This document shows positions 1 through 9,475 of a stretch of 64,000 nucleotides of DNA, piece by piece (the stretch's first letter is position 1; every line of letters starts with the position of its first letter). Under the pieces are notes generated by a model. That model had not been told where the DNA came from. It did no database searches and saw only the letters and a list, made by a program, of their open reading frames with translations. Made by a program: the position numbers and the translations under genes. Origin of the DNA: Clostridium sp. CAG:343 (lineage in GTDB: Bacteria > Bacillota > Clostridia > TANB77 > CAG-508); assembly GCA_000431335.1 (NCBI GenBank), contig FR888021.1:690-64689 (forward strand), read 5' to 3'.

Positions 1-165
1 GTAATATCAAGAGATGAAATAATGGACTACTTATGGGAAAGTGAAGAATTTGTCGATGATAATACTTTAAATGTTAATATTAAAAGACTAAGGACAAAAC
101 TAGAAGAACTAGGAATAATAAATCAAATTGAAACAAGAAGGGGACAAGGGTATATATTAAAATGA
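1..165 (+). CDS. OmpR/BceR-type response regulator, C-terminal winged-helix part (5' end outside window)
   Basis: Frame 1 is open from base 1: ..NVNIKRLRTKLEELG..RRGQGYILK, TGA at 163-165. ATGA overlap with the downstream kinase gene. Confidence 0.8.
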   Translation, partial: VISRDEIMDYLWESEEFVDDNTLNVNIKRLRTKLEELGIINQIETRRGQGYILK

Positions 166-1178
166 AGTTTGGAGAATTTATAAAAGAGAAAATATTATTG
201 ATTTTTTTAGTATTATTTGTAATAGTAAGTTCAGAAATATTATTATTGCCTTATACACAAATTGGAATATTTACAAGGATTTATATTGCAATATGTCCGA
301 TTATAATAATTGGTATTGATATTACTATTGAATATAGAAAAAAGAAGAATTTTTATAATGAATTAAAAAGTAATTTAGATGAATTAGGCGATAAATACTT
401 AATATCAGAAATAATAAATACTCCAGATTTTCTTGAGGGTAAAATATTAAAAAAATCTATGCAAGAAGCTGGCAAATCTATGCTAGAAAATGTAAATACT
501 TATAAGAGATTACAAGAAGATTATAAGGAATATATAGAATTATGGATTCACGAAATAAAAATACCAATTGCTACATCTAAATTAATTATTGAAAATAATA
601 AAAATGAGATAACTAAAAGCATTGATGAAGAATTAGATGAAATAGAAAATTATACAGAACAAGCATTGTTTTATGCTAGAAGTAATACCGCTAACAAAGA
701 CTATGTTGTTACAAAATCAAATTTGCAAGAAATAGTAAATGGAGCAATTTTGAAAAATAAAAGTGCATTACTTTCAAGTAAGACAAGTATAGAATTACAC
801 GATTTGGAACGAGAAGTATATACAGATAGCAAATGGGCAGTTTTTATAATAAATCAGATTATACAAAATGCAATTAAGTATTCAAAAATTAAAGATAGAA
901 AGATAGAAATATATGCTATTTCAAAAAGAGAAAATGTTGTTTTATATATAAAAGATAATGGAATTGGAATAAAAAAAGGAGAAATAACAAGAGTTTTTGA
1001 AAAAGGGTTTACAGGAGAAAATGGGAGAACAATAAACAAGAAATCTACTGGTATTGGGTTATATCTATGTAAGAAATTATGCAACAAATTAGGATTAGGA
1101 ATAGAATTAAATTCAGAAAAAGATATAGGAACAGAAGTTAGAATTATATTCCCTAAAAGTAGTTTTATGAATTTGTAA
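162..1178 (+). CDS. BceS-like intramembrane-sensing histidine kinase
   Basis: 338 aa. Two N-terminal TM helices with almost no loop, H-box region (WIHEIKIPIA), ATPase motifs (DNGIGI, GFTGENGR, GIGLYLC). Sits between a response regulator and a BceAB-type transporter. Confidence 0.85.
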   Translation: MKFGEFIKEKILLIFLVLFVIVSSEILLLPYTQIGIFTRIYIAICPIIIIGIDITIEYRKKKNFYNELKSNLDELGDKYLISEIINTPDFLEGKILKKSMQEAGKSMLENVNTYKRLQEDYKEYIELWIHEIKIPIATSKLIIENNKNEITKSIDEELDEIENYTEQALFYARSNTANKDYVVTKSNLQEIVNGAILKNKSALLSSKTSIELHDLEREVYTDSKWAVFIINQIIQNAIKYSKIKDRKIEIYAISKRENVVLYIKDNGIGIKKGEITRVFEKGFTGENGRTINKKSTGIGLYLCKKLCNKLGLGIELNSEKDIGTEVRIIFPKSSFMNL

Positions 1179-1216
1179 GTCCATATTAGTTATGGGCTTA
1201 TTTTTATAAATGAGAA

Positions 1217-1248
1217 ATCTTACAAAAAATGTAATGTTATTGTAAGAT
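1217..1248. promoter_or_regulatory. Candidate BceR-type operator: perfect 9 bp inverted repeat ATCTTACAA-N14-TTGTAAGAT upstream of a TATAAT box (1279-1284)
   Basis: The inverted repeat was read directly. It lies about 30-60 bp upstream of the -10 box of the ABC transporter operon. Confidence 0.5.
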
Positions 1249-1318
1249 AAATCGATGGCAACTATTTTAAAATGAATTTATAATGTAGATATACAAAGAA
1301 TTGAAAGGAGTTTTTTAG

Positions 1319-2086
1319 ATGGAAAATGTATTAGAGGTTAAAAACATAGAAAAATACTATGGAAACAAATCTAATTTAACAAAAGCAATAGACAATATTA
1401 GCTTTAATGTAAAAAATGGAGAGTTTGTAGGAATTATGGGAGCAAGTGGCTCTGGTAAAACTACACTTTTGAATTGTGTATCTACTATTGATAGAGTAAC
1501 AGCAGGACATATCATTATAAACGGAGAAGATATTACAAAGCTTAAAGGAAATAAATTAAACAAATTTAGGAGAGAGGAACTAGGCTTTATATTTCAAGAC
1601 TTTAATTTATTAGATACATTAACAATTTATGAAAATATAGCTTTAGCATTGACAATTCAAAAAGTAAATGCAACAGAAATTAATAATAGAGTTCACGATA
1701 TGGCTAAAAAATTAGATATTTTAGGTATATTAAATAAATACCCATATCAAGTATCTGGAGGGCAAAAACAAAGATGTGCAGCTGCAAGAGCAATAATAAC
1801 AAATCCTAAAATAGTATTAGCAGACGAGCCAACAGGTGCATTAGATAGTAAATCAGCAAAACAATTATTGATGACATTTGATTACTTACATCAAAAATTA
1901 AATGCAACTATTTTAATGGTAACACACGATGCTTTTACAGCAAGTTATGCAGATAGAATTATATTTATAAAAGACGGAAAAATCTTTAATGAATTAGTTA
2001 AAGGAAATGATACAAGAAAACAATTCTTTGAGAAGATAATTGAGGTGCAAACACTTCTTGGAGGTGATTTGAACGATGTTATTTAA
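1319..2086 (+). CDS. ABC transporter ATP-binding protein, BceA/MacB-like
   Basis: Walker A GASGSGKTT, signature SGGQKQR, Walker B LADEPT. Overlaps the permease gene. Confidence 0.9.
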   Translation: MENVLEVKNIEKYYGNKSNLTKAIDNISFNVKNGEFVGIMGASGSGKTTLLNCVSTIDRVTAGHIIINGEDITKLKGNKLNKFRREELGFIFQDFNLLDTLTIYENIALALTIQKVNATEINNRVHDMAKKLDILGILNKYPYQVSGGQKQRCAAARAIITNPKIVLADEPTGALDSKSAKQLLMTFDYLHQKLNATILMVTHDAFTASYADRIIFIKDGKIFNELVKGNDTRKQFFEKIIEVQTLLGGDLNDVI

Positions 2087-4172
2087 GTTATCAATTAAAA
2101 ATATGAAAAAGAGCTTTAAGGATTATGCGATATATTTTTTAACATTAGTGTTAGGAGTTGCAATATTCTATATGTTTAACTCATTAGATAGTCAAGAAGC
2201 AATGTTACAAGTATCTAATTCAACAAGGGACATCATCAAAATTATGATAAGTATGTTAGGATATGTATCGGTATTTGTAGCAGTAGTATTAGGATTGCTT
2301 ATCGTATATGCAAATAATTTCTTAATTAACCGAAGGAAAAAAGAATTTGGTATATATATGACACTTGGAATGGGAAAGAGGCAAATATCTAAAATTATAA
2401 TACTAGAAACAATATTTGTAGGCATTATTTCACTTATAGTTGGACTTGTTATAGGAATATTTGCATCACAATTTATGTCTGTATTAGTAGCAAAAATGTT
2501 TGAGGCAGATATGAGTAATTTTCAATTTGTCTTTTCAAAAACAGCTTGTATAAAGACTTGTGTATATTTTGCAGTTATGTATATAGCAGTTATGTTCTTT
2601 AATACAATGACAGTTTCAAGATATAAATTGATAAATTTATTAAATGCTACAAAGAAAAATGAAAAAGTAAAAATAAAAAATCCTATTATTTCTATAATTG
2701 TATTTATTGGAGCAAGTTGCTTGTTAGGATATGCTTATTGGAAAGTGACAGGAGATGTTCACTCATTAACTACAGCAGATAAATTATTACCACCAATATT
2801 AATGGGAATTACTGGAACAATCTTGGTATTTTGGTCTTTATCTGGTTTTATATTAAGAGTAGTACAATCGATAAAAAATATCTATTTAAAAGGAACAAAT
2901 ATGTTTGTATTAAGACAAATCAACAGCAAAATCAATACAACAGTTATAAGTATGAGTGTTATTTGCTTAATGTTGTTTATGACAATTTCAATACTATCAT
3001 CTAGTTTATCATTGAGAAATACAATGCAAAGAGAATTAGTAGAAATGACGCCTGTAGATATAAATTTATATAAAACAGCTAATTTATCAGAAAAATATTT
3101 ACAATATGGAACTTATGGCAAAGAAATAATATCAACTCCTGAAGCAAGAAAAGATTCAAAAATACCAATTACAGAAACATTAAAAAATAATGGATTTGAT
3201 ATGACATTAATTAAAGATGTAGTAGAAATACCTATTTATGCTACAAAGGATTTGACTTGGGAAGATTTTTTAGGAGATAAAATTGAAGAAACAAGAGCAC
3301 AATTTCCAAGTTTACGCTATGAAACAGCAGAAATGATAATAAAAATATCTGATTATAACAAAATTGCTTCACTTTATGGAATAGAACAATATGAATTGAA
3401 AGATAATGAATATATTGTACTTTGTGATTTTGATGGAATTGGAACTATAAGAGATAGAGTACTAGCAGATGAAAATATATTGGAGATTGCAGGAAAAGAA
3501 TATAAGTCAAAATATAATGAATGTAAAAGTGGTTTTATTATGATGAATACAAGTCATGTAAATACAGGAATTATTTTAGTTCCAGATAGTTGTAATTTAA
3601 CTGATGATATGAAAGTGCAACAATTATTAGTTGCAAATTATAATGCACAAACAGATGAAAAAAGACAAGAAATAGAAAAGATATTTACAAGTAATGATTC
3701 TATACTTGTTCAAAATTTAACAAACAAAGGAATTGATGTAGATGGAGTAACCAAAATATCTCTTATGGAAGCAAGCATAGGAATTGCAACAATTGTAACA
3801 TTTATAGCAATTTATTTAGGAATAATATTCTTGATTGCAAGTGCAGCTATTTTAGCATTAAAACAATTAACAGAAAGCTCAGATAATAAGCAAAGATATA
3901 CAATTTTAAGGGAAATAGGTTGTGATGAAAAAATGATTAATAAAGCATTATTTAGACAAATTGGTATATTCTTTGGACTACCACTAATACTTGCAATTAT
4001 TCATTCAATATTTGGAATACAATTTGCGATGACAATGATGGAAGGATTAGCAAGTTCAGAAGATTTATTACCATCAATAGTTGCAACAGTAGTAATTATT
4101 GGAGTGATATATGGTGCATATTTTCTAGCAACATATTTTGGAAGTAAAAATATCATCAAAGAGGAGGAATAG
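2076..4172 (+). CDS. BceB-like FtsX-family ABC permease (10 TM type with large extracellular domain)
   Basis: 698 aa. Hydrophobic FtsX-type blocks at both ends flank a roughly 200 aa soluble insert. Gene order is RR-HK-ATPase-permease. Confidence 0.85.
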   Translation: MLFKLSIKNMKKSFKDYAIYFLTLVLGVAIFYMFNSLDSQEAMLQVSNSTRDIIKIMISMLGYVSVFVAVVLGLLIVYANNFLINRRKKEFGIYMTLGMGKRQISKIIILETIFVGIISLIVGLVIGIFASQFMSVLVAKMFEADMSNFQFVFSKTACIKTCVYFAVMYIAVMFFNTMTVSRYKLINLLNATKKNEKVKIKNPIISIIVFIGASCLLGYAYWKVTGDVHSLTTADKLLPPILMGITGTILVFWSLSGFILRVVQSIKNIYLKGTNMFVLRQINSKINTTVISMSVICLMLFMTISILSSSLSLRNTMQRELVEMTPVDINLYKTANLSEKYLQYGTYGKEIISTPEARKDSKIPITETLKNNGFDMTLIKDVVEIPIYATKDLTWEDFLGDKIEETRAQFPSLRYETAEMIIKISDYNKIASLYGIEQYELKDNEYIVLCDFDGIGTIRDRVLADENILEIAGKEYKSKYNECKSGFIMMNTSHVNTGIILVPDSCNLTDDMKVQQLLVANYNAQTDEKRQEIEKIFTSNDSILVQNLTNKGIDVDGVTKISLMEASIGIATIVTFIAIYLGIIFLIASAAILALKQLTESSDNKQRYTILREIGCDEKMINKALFRQIGIFFGLPLILAIIHSIFGIQFAMTMMEGLASSEDLLPSIVATVVIIGVIYGAYFLATYFGSKNIIKEEE

Positions 4173-4175
4173 TTC

Positions 4176-4667
4176 ATGTTTATATTCGGATTCTTTAAGC
4201 TAATTATAATAGGAATAATGGCTTTCATAATAATTATTGTTTCATCTATTGTAGCAAGTGATTGGAATTTTACAAAAGATGAGTTCATAAATACTTATAA
4301 CACATTTTTACAAAGTTTTGATTTTGCAGGGATATCGAAAGAGAAAGATTTGCAAGGAAAAAGAATTTTTGGAACAGACAAATATATTGGAACATATAAA
4401 GCAGAATATGATAATATAACATCCGAAGAAACTATATTTGGAGGAACAGCATTAAACCGAAAAAATGGAGATCATATAAGATTAAAAATAAAAGTAGAAA
4501 AACAAAGTGGTAACATCAATGTAATTGCTAAACTAGGAGATAATGAAAAAACTTTAATAGATGATACAGGAGAATATGAAGATAATATTTATATTGAAGG
4601 TGTGAGCTATTATTTAACTATAAAATTAGATGATTTCAAGGGAAATATTGATATTATATCAGAATAG
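4176..4667 (+). CDS. Hypothetical membrane-anchored protein
   Basis: 163 aa ORF with an N-terminal TM helix. Starts 4 nt after the permease stop. No recognisable family. Confidence 0.5.
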   Translation: MFIFGFFKLIIIGIMAFIIIIVSSIVASDWNFTKDEFINTYNTFLQSFDFAGISKEKDLQGKRIFGTDKYIGTYKAEYDNITSEETIFGGTALNRKNGDHIRLKIKVEKQSGNINVIAKLGDNEKTLIDDTGEYEDNIYIEGVSYYLTIKLDDFKGNIDIISE

Positions 4668-4678
4668 GAGAAAATGAT

Positions 4679-5026
4679 ATGGAAAGTTTAAAAGAAAAAA
4701 TACCTATGATTATAGCAGTAGTTGTAGCAATAGCAATTTGTGTAGCAATATTGTACTTTTTTGAAAATTATGAATCAGCTTACTTTACTCAAATAGACAA
4801 TACTAAAATAGAAAAACTATCTAGTACAGATGATATGAAATATAAATATACTTTAGAGTGCTATAATGAAAAAGGAAAGAAAAAAGAATTAAAATTTAAA
4901 ACAAGTAGAGAACTAAAAGAAGATGCTTTTCTAAAGTTAGAAGTAAAAACTCTAGGAGTACATTCTTGGGAAGAAGTGCAATATGATGAACTTCCTAAAA
5001 AAGTTCAAACAAATTATACAAAATAA
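4679..5026 (+). CDS. YxeA-family (DUF1093) small secreted/anchored protein
   Basis: 115 aa. N-terminal TM/signal then ..YKYTLECYNEKGKKKELKFKTSRELKEDAFLKLEVKTLGVHSWEEV.. typical of YxeA. In B. subtilis yxeA follows the Bce-like yxdJKLM module. Confidence 0.65.
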   Translation: MESLKEKIPMIIAVVVAIAICVAILYFFENYESAYFTQIDNTKIEKLSSTDDMKYKYTLECYNEKGKKKELKFKTSRELKEDAFLKLEVKTLGVHSWEEVQYDELPKKVQTNYTK

Positions 5027-5055
5027 GTAATGCCACAAAAAAAGAGGTGGTTGAA

Positions 5056-5748
5056 ATGAAAGTAATAAAAAATATAATATTTGTAGCAATAGTATTTTTA
5101 ATAAGTATAGGATTATTAGTAGTAGGTAATGGATATGATATGTATAAGGATGCAATTTCTAAAATACCTCTTACAGAAAAAGTAGAAACTATTAAAGAAA
5201 AAGAAAACTATACTAAAATTGAAGAAGTACCAGAAATATATATAAAAGCAGTAATTTCGGTTGAAGATCATAGATTTTATAAACATAATGGAATAGATAT
5301 AATAGCAATTGGTAGAGCCACTATAAATGATATAAAAGCAATGAGCTTTGTAGAAGGTGGAAGTACTATTACACAACAACTATCAAAAAATATCTATTTT
5401 ACACAAGAAAAGAAAATAACAAGAAAAATTGCTGAAGTATTTATGTCTCTTGAAATAGAAAAGAACTATAATAAAGATGAAATACTGGAATTATATTTGA
5501 ATACAAGCTATTTTGGAGAGGGGTGTTATACAGTAAAAGAAGCAAGTAGAAAATATTTTGGAAAAGAACCCAAAAAAATGACAGATTATGAAGCAATTAT
5601 GCTTGCAGGAATACCTAATGCACCATCAGTATATTCTCTAACCAAGAATCCAGAACTTGCAAAACAAAGACAGAAACAGGTAATAAATAAAATGATAGAA
5701 TATAAATATCTTACACAAAGTGAGGCAGATAAAATATTGGAGCAATAA
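5056..5748 (+). CDS. Monofunctional peptidoglycan glycosyltransferase (GT51)
   Basis: GT51 motifs EDHRFYKHNGID, GGSTITQQL, RKIAEVFMSLEIEKNYNKDEILELYLN. No transpeptidase domain. ATG at 5056 follows GAGGTGG. Confidence 0.85.
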   Translation: MKVIKNIIFVAIVFLISIGLLVVGNGYDMYKDAISKIPLTEKVETIKEKENYTKIEEVPEIYIKAVISVEDHRFYKHNGIDIIAIGRATINDIKAMSFVEGGSTITQQLSKNIYFTQEKKITRKIAEVFMSLEIEKNYNKDEILELYLNTSYFGEGCYTVKEASRKYFGKEPKKMTDYEAIMLAGIPNAPSVYSLTKNPELAKQRQKQVINKMIEYKYLTQSEADKILEQ

Positions 5749-5753
5749 TTATA

Positions 5754-5797
5754 GTGCTAATTGTAGTTAAACAATTAGCACACATCCCCTTTTATTT
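5754..5797 (+). terminator. Rho-independent terminator after the GT51 gene
   Basis: 11 bp stem GTGCTAATTGT/ACAATTAGCAC followed by a T-rich run. Confidence 0.6.
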
Positions 5798-5915
5798 TCG
5801 AGAGTCTATATGAAAATGTAGGCTCTTTATTAGAATAAAAATTTCTAAAAACTAATGTAATTTTTCAAAAAGTGTGGTAAAATTAATAGAAAACAAATTT
5901 TGGGAAGTGAAACAA

Positions 5916-6182
5916 ATGACAGAAACAGAATTAAAAAGATTTACTATTAGTCTAATTAAAAGCAAAGAAAAAGAAAACGAAGATTATATAAGATATTCAT
6001 ATTATGAGCTAAAAGTAAAAGACAACTTGTCAGAAGAAGAAATTGATGATGTATTAAGAATAAGCAGAGATTATTTTGAAAACAAAGGATATAAAGTTTA
6101 TTTTACAAATGCAGAATTTGAATATCAAAATGCCAAAAGAAAAGTAGAAATTAATGAATATATGATAGCTTTTAAAGAATGA
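5916..6182 (+). CDS. Hypothetical protein
   Basis: ORF 5874-6182, with the likely start at MTETELK. No recognisable domain. Confidence 0.4.
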   Translation: MTETELKRFTISLIKSKEKENEDYIRYSYYELKVKDNLSEEEIDDVLRISRDYFENKGYKVYFTNAEFEYQNAKRKVEINEYMIAFKE

Positions 6183-6194
6183 GAGGAAATATAA

Positions 6195-6449
6195 ATGAAT
6201 CAATATATATATTTTGCACTAGGCATAGTTTTAGGAATTAGTTTAGCAGTTTATTATTTTATGAATAGAGAAGAAAAGATAGAAAGTCAAATCGAACTAG
6301 ATCAAAAAATTTATTCTACTAAAAGATTAGATACAGCAATGGAAAATGTTGTAGAAAACATAAATAAGAAAATTAAAGAATTAAAAAGAGAACTAACTGA
6401 AGATGAAAAAAATGAAATAATTGAACAATGTTATAAAGAAAAATTTTAA
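6195..6449 (+). CDS. Hypothetical small membrane-anchored coiled-coil protein
   Basis: 84 aa. N-terminal TM helix then a charged helical region. GAGG 7 nt upstream of the ATG. Confidence 0.4.
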   Translation: MNQYIYFALGIVLGISLAVYYFMNREEKIESQIELDQKIYSTKRLDTAMENVVENINKKIKELKRELTEDEKNEIIEQCYKEKF

Positions 6450-6486
6450 GACAAAAATAAAGAAAAGTAATAGAATCAAATTTTTA

Positions 6487-6750
6487 TTACTTTTCTTTAT
6501 TTCTTTTTAGCCAATTTTGAGCTTCAGCTTCATTAAATCTTTCATCAGCAAAGAATTTTGATAAATTAGTTCCTAGAGCCTCGCATATATATAATAAATT
6601 TTCAAGTCTAATTGTTTTTGTTTTTCTATTCAGGAATAAAGTAATTGTTGAACTATATACTCCTGTAAGAGTTTCTAATTTGTAAATTGAAATATCTTTT
6701 TCTTTCATTAATTCTTTGATTTTCAAAGCAACAACATCTGAAAATTCCAT
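6487..6750 (-). CDS. XRE-family helix-turn-helix transcriptional regulator
   Basis: 87 aa. HTH_3-like pattern ..LKIKELMKEKDISIYKLETLTGVYSSTITLFLNRKTKTIRLENLLYICEALG.. Confidence 0.8.
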   Translation of the reverse strand: MEFSDVVALKIKELMKEKDISIYKLETLTGVYSSTITLFLNRKTKTIRLENLLYICEALGTNLSKFFADERFNEAEAQNWLKRNKEK

Positions 6751-6804
6751 ATTTTCACGACCTTTCTAACTTTATGTCATTTTATCAAATTTAATAGCCA
6801 AAAC

Positions 6805-6822
6805 CTCTCAATAAATTGAGAG
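6805..6822. promoter_or_regulatory. Palindromic operator candidate CTCTCAAT-AA-ATTGAGAG in front of the XRE gene
   Basis: Perfect 8 bp arms read directly. A further TTGAGAGA half-site follows about 30 bp downstream. Confidence 0.45.
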
Positions 6823-7044
6823 AAAATTAAAAAATAGTTCAATATTTTGAGAGAATGTGTTATAATAAAAGAGTAAAATATAAATGTAGCGACAAATGAA
6901 CTAATAAATATAATAAAATATACGAAAAATAGGGGAAAGGAGGAAATAAAAAAGAATATGATATAAAATACATATTCTGTATAAATAATTGATTTGACTA
7001 ATCAAAAACATTATAATTAATATAATTGTAAAACAAGCAAATAA

Positions 7045-7302
7045 CTAATCAAATATATTATCGGTATCTTCAAATAATTGTTCATAAGATATATTCAAAG
7101 CTTTACAAATAGCTATAATTTCAAAATCTTTTAATAACAATTTTTGATTTTCAATTTGAGAAATATCAGAGTGGTAGATGTCAATACCTAAAAGAGCAAT
7201 TTTGTCAGATAATTCTCTTTGTGTTAAATGTCTTAATTCTCTATATTTTTTAACATTTTTACCTAATACATTTGATTTTCCATTTAATTTCTTTACTTTC
7301 AT
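7045..7302 (-). CDS. XRE-family helix-turn-helix transcriptional regulator
   Basis: 85 aa. ..NVKKYRELRHLTQRELSDKIALLGIDIYHSDISQIENQK.. is a classic HTH_3 pattern. Confidence 0.8.
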   Translation of the reverse strand: MKVKKLNGKSNVLGKNVKKYRELRHLTQRELSDKIALLGIDIYHSDISQIENQKLLLKDFEIIAICKALNISYEQLFEDTDNIFD

Positions 7303-7415
7303 AATAAATTAAATCCTTTCACAATAGTTATTATGCTTTATTTTACAATATTTATTTGCTAATCTTGGTAGACTATTTCTAGCAAAAAGAAAAAAGTTTT
7401 ATAAAGTGGGGGAAA

Positions 7416-8399
7416 ATGGAAAGAATAGAGTTGGAATTAATAAACGAAATTTGTGAAAATCAAAATTTTGATGAATTATTATTAAAGATAGTACATAAAA
7501 GCAATAGTAAAAACAGAATAAATAATTTATTAAATGAAATTGAAAACAATAAAACAATTACTAGACAATTAAAAATGAAGTTATATGAAGAAATCTTTGA
7601 ATATGTCAGTGATGTAAATGACTATTTAAAAAATAATTTAAAAGAAATTTTTTTAATTGCTAGTGAAAAAATAATTGCAGAAATAAACAATAATTTAGGA
7701 GGAAATGTTGATATGTTAGAAAAAATTAGGGTTATAATTGCAGAAGATAATATTCATATTTGCAAATTTATAGAAGAAAATCTAAAAAAACACAATGACA
7801 TTGAAATATTAGGGATAGCTAATACTGATGAAGAAGAAATAAAAATGATAGAAGAACAAAAACCAGAAATAGTCATAACTGACCTTATGAGGAATAACAA
7901 ATATTCTGGATTAGATATAATCAAAAATTATTACAACAATAATAGTCAAGTTGAATTTTTAGTAATATCAGCCGATTATAAAGAAGATGTTATAAATGAT
8001 GGACTGGAAGTTGCAGGATACATAAAAAAGCCATTTAAAGATTACGAAATAATATATAATGAATTAAAACGAATAAAAAAAAATATAATAATTAGTAAAC
8101 AACATCAAGAGTGGAGAGAAAAATATTATAATTTAGAAATTATAAATATAAACAAATATTTAACACAGACTGACAAGAAATTATTAGAAAAACTTGGAAT
8201 TAAAATAAAAGATAAAATATATACAGAATTTGAATGTGAATGTTTGTATATGGACTTCTTAAAATATTATGATGATCCAGAAAATGATTTATCTGAAGAT
8301 GAAAGGAAATATCAAAAGTCATTAGATGGAACAGGAGTAACTAGAGAAGAATATAATGAAGTATTAAAGAAAATAGAAAAAATAAATAATAACTTTTAA
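7416..8399 (+). CDS. Orphan receiver (REC) domain protein with uncharacterised N- and C-terminal regions
   Basis: Central REC block: IRVIIAEDN.., phospho-acceptor context EIVITDLMR, ..LVISA.., ..IKKPF. No recognisable output domain and no kinase nearby. Confidence 0.65.
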   Translation: MERIELELINEICENQNFDELLLKIVHKSNSKNRINNLLNEIENNKTITRQLKMKLYEEIFEYVSDVNDYLKNNLKEIFLIASEKIIAEINNNLGGNVDMLEKIRVIIAEDNIHICKFIEENLKKHNDIEILGIANTDEEEIKMIEEQKPEIVITDLMRNNKYSGLDIIKNYYNNNSQVEFLVISADYKEDVINDGLEVAGYIKKPFKDYEIIYNELKRIKKNIIISKQHQEWREKYYNLEIININKYLTQTDKKLLEKLGIKIKDKIYTEFECECLYMDFLKYYDDPENDLSEDERKYQKSLDGTGVTREEYNEVLKKIEKINNNF

Positions 8400-8425
8400 T
8401 TAAATTATACAAAAATACTATTTTT

Positions 8426-8467
8426 ATATACAAAAAGCAAATAATTGTTTTTTGTATATTTTTTTGT
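8426..8467 (+). terminator. Rho-independent terminator after the REC gene
   Basis: Stem ATATACAAAAA/TTTTTGTATAT followed by a T-run. Confidence 0.55.
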
Positions 8468-8725
8468 CCCTTTTGCAAAGTTCGACAATTTTTTCAAAGG
8501 ATTTATGATATATTAGTCGTAAAATAGAAAAATTTAAAAATACGGAATTTATAGGGAGAAAAAATGAATTATTAAAACGGACTAAAAAATATAAATAAAT
8601 ATGAAAGCACATTATAACTTAAAAAGTTATTGTGTGCTTTTTTGCTATTTTACTTAAATAATTCAATAGAAACACTATGCAAGAATAACGAACAAAGGTT
8701 GAAAAATTTGAGATGTTATTATTAG

Positions 8726-8794
8726 AGCGTAGTGTTTTATCATTATATTTCTAATCCACATCTACGCTTAAAGGGTATAGACTTATGTGGATTA
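8726..8794 (+). promoter_or_regulatory. Interleaved (pseudoknot-topology) stems in the leader of the sigma-like gene
   Basis: AGCGTAG (8726-8732) pairs with CTACGCT (8762-8768). TAATCCACAT (8752-8761) pairs with ATGTGGATTA (8785-8794). Order is A5'-B5'-A3'-B3'. Confidence 0.35.
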
Positions 8795-8930
8795 TAGTAA
8801 AAAGATATAAAAATCAAGCAAAATTTAATATCCATATTAATAAAAAGGTTGAAACTATTGCTTACAATAGCTTTGACCTTTTTTATTGCTTAAAGCATAT
8901 CTTATTTAATAACTGCAGAGGTCCACCACT

Positions 8931-8966
8931 TCCATTTAATTTCAAAATTTAGAAATTAAATGGAGG
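8931..8966 (+). promoter_or_regulatory. RBS-sequestering hairpin upstream of the sigma-like gene
   Basis: Perfect 13 bp stem TCCATTTAATTTC/GAAATTAAATGGA. The 3' arm overlaps the GGAGG Shine-Dalgarno (8962-8966) of the ATG at 8974. Confidence 0.45.
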
Positions 8967-8973
8967 AAAGATA

Positions 8974-9450
8974 ATGGATAATATTAAAACTCATAATATT
9001 GATGGAAATAGATTAATTGAAGATTTAGAAAATAATAAATATTGGATTATTTTTAAAAATTATTTAGGAGAAGAAATAACAAGTGAGATTCCAAAGGATA
9101 TATTTGATGCCTACATAGAATCAAAAAGTGCCTATAAGAAAAATAAAAACGAAGAAGAAAGACATTGGGAACATATTGAACTATCTGAAAATGAACTATT
9201 TAGAAAATCAAGCCAATACCAAGATAGTGTAGAAAATATAATAATAAAAAAAGAAGTAGAAAGAGAATTACATTTAGCTGTTCAAAAACTACCTAGAGTT
9301 CAAAAAAATAGGCTACAAAAATACTATTATGATGAAAAAACAGAAAGAGAAATTGCTGCCGAAGAAGGTATAAAACATCAAGCTATACATATTGGATTAG
9401 ATAGAAGTAGAAAAAAGTTAAAAATAATTTTAAAAAAATTTGAAAATTAG
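8974..9450 (+). CDS. Sigma-70 region-4 / HTH small regulator (mobile-element type)
   Basis: C-terminal ..LPRVQKNRLQKYYYDEKTEREIAAEEGIKHQAIHIGLDRSRKKLK.. matches a sigma-70 region 4 HTH. The N-terminus is not recognisable. Confidence 0.6.
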   Translation: MDNIKTHNIDGNRLIEDLENNKYWIIFKNYLGEEITSEIPKDIFDAYIESKSAYKKNKNEEERHWEHIELSENELFRKSSQYQDSVENIIIKKEVERELHLAVQKLPRVQKNRLQKYYYDEKTEREIAAEEGIKHQAIHIGLDRSRKKLKIILKKFEN

Positions 9451-9475
9451 GTTTGCCAAAATCATTAAAAGTGAG

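Noticed and set aside
8424-8612. 62 aa minus-strand ORF
   Set aside because: It covers the terminator of the REC gene and promoter-like AT-rich sequence. It has no RBS and a low-complexity translation.
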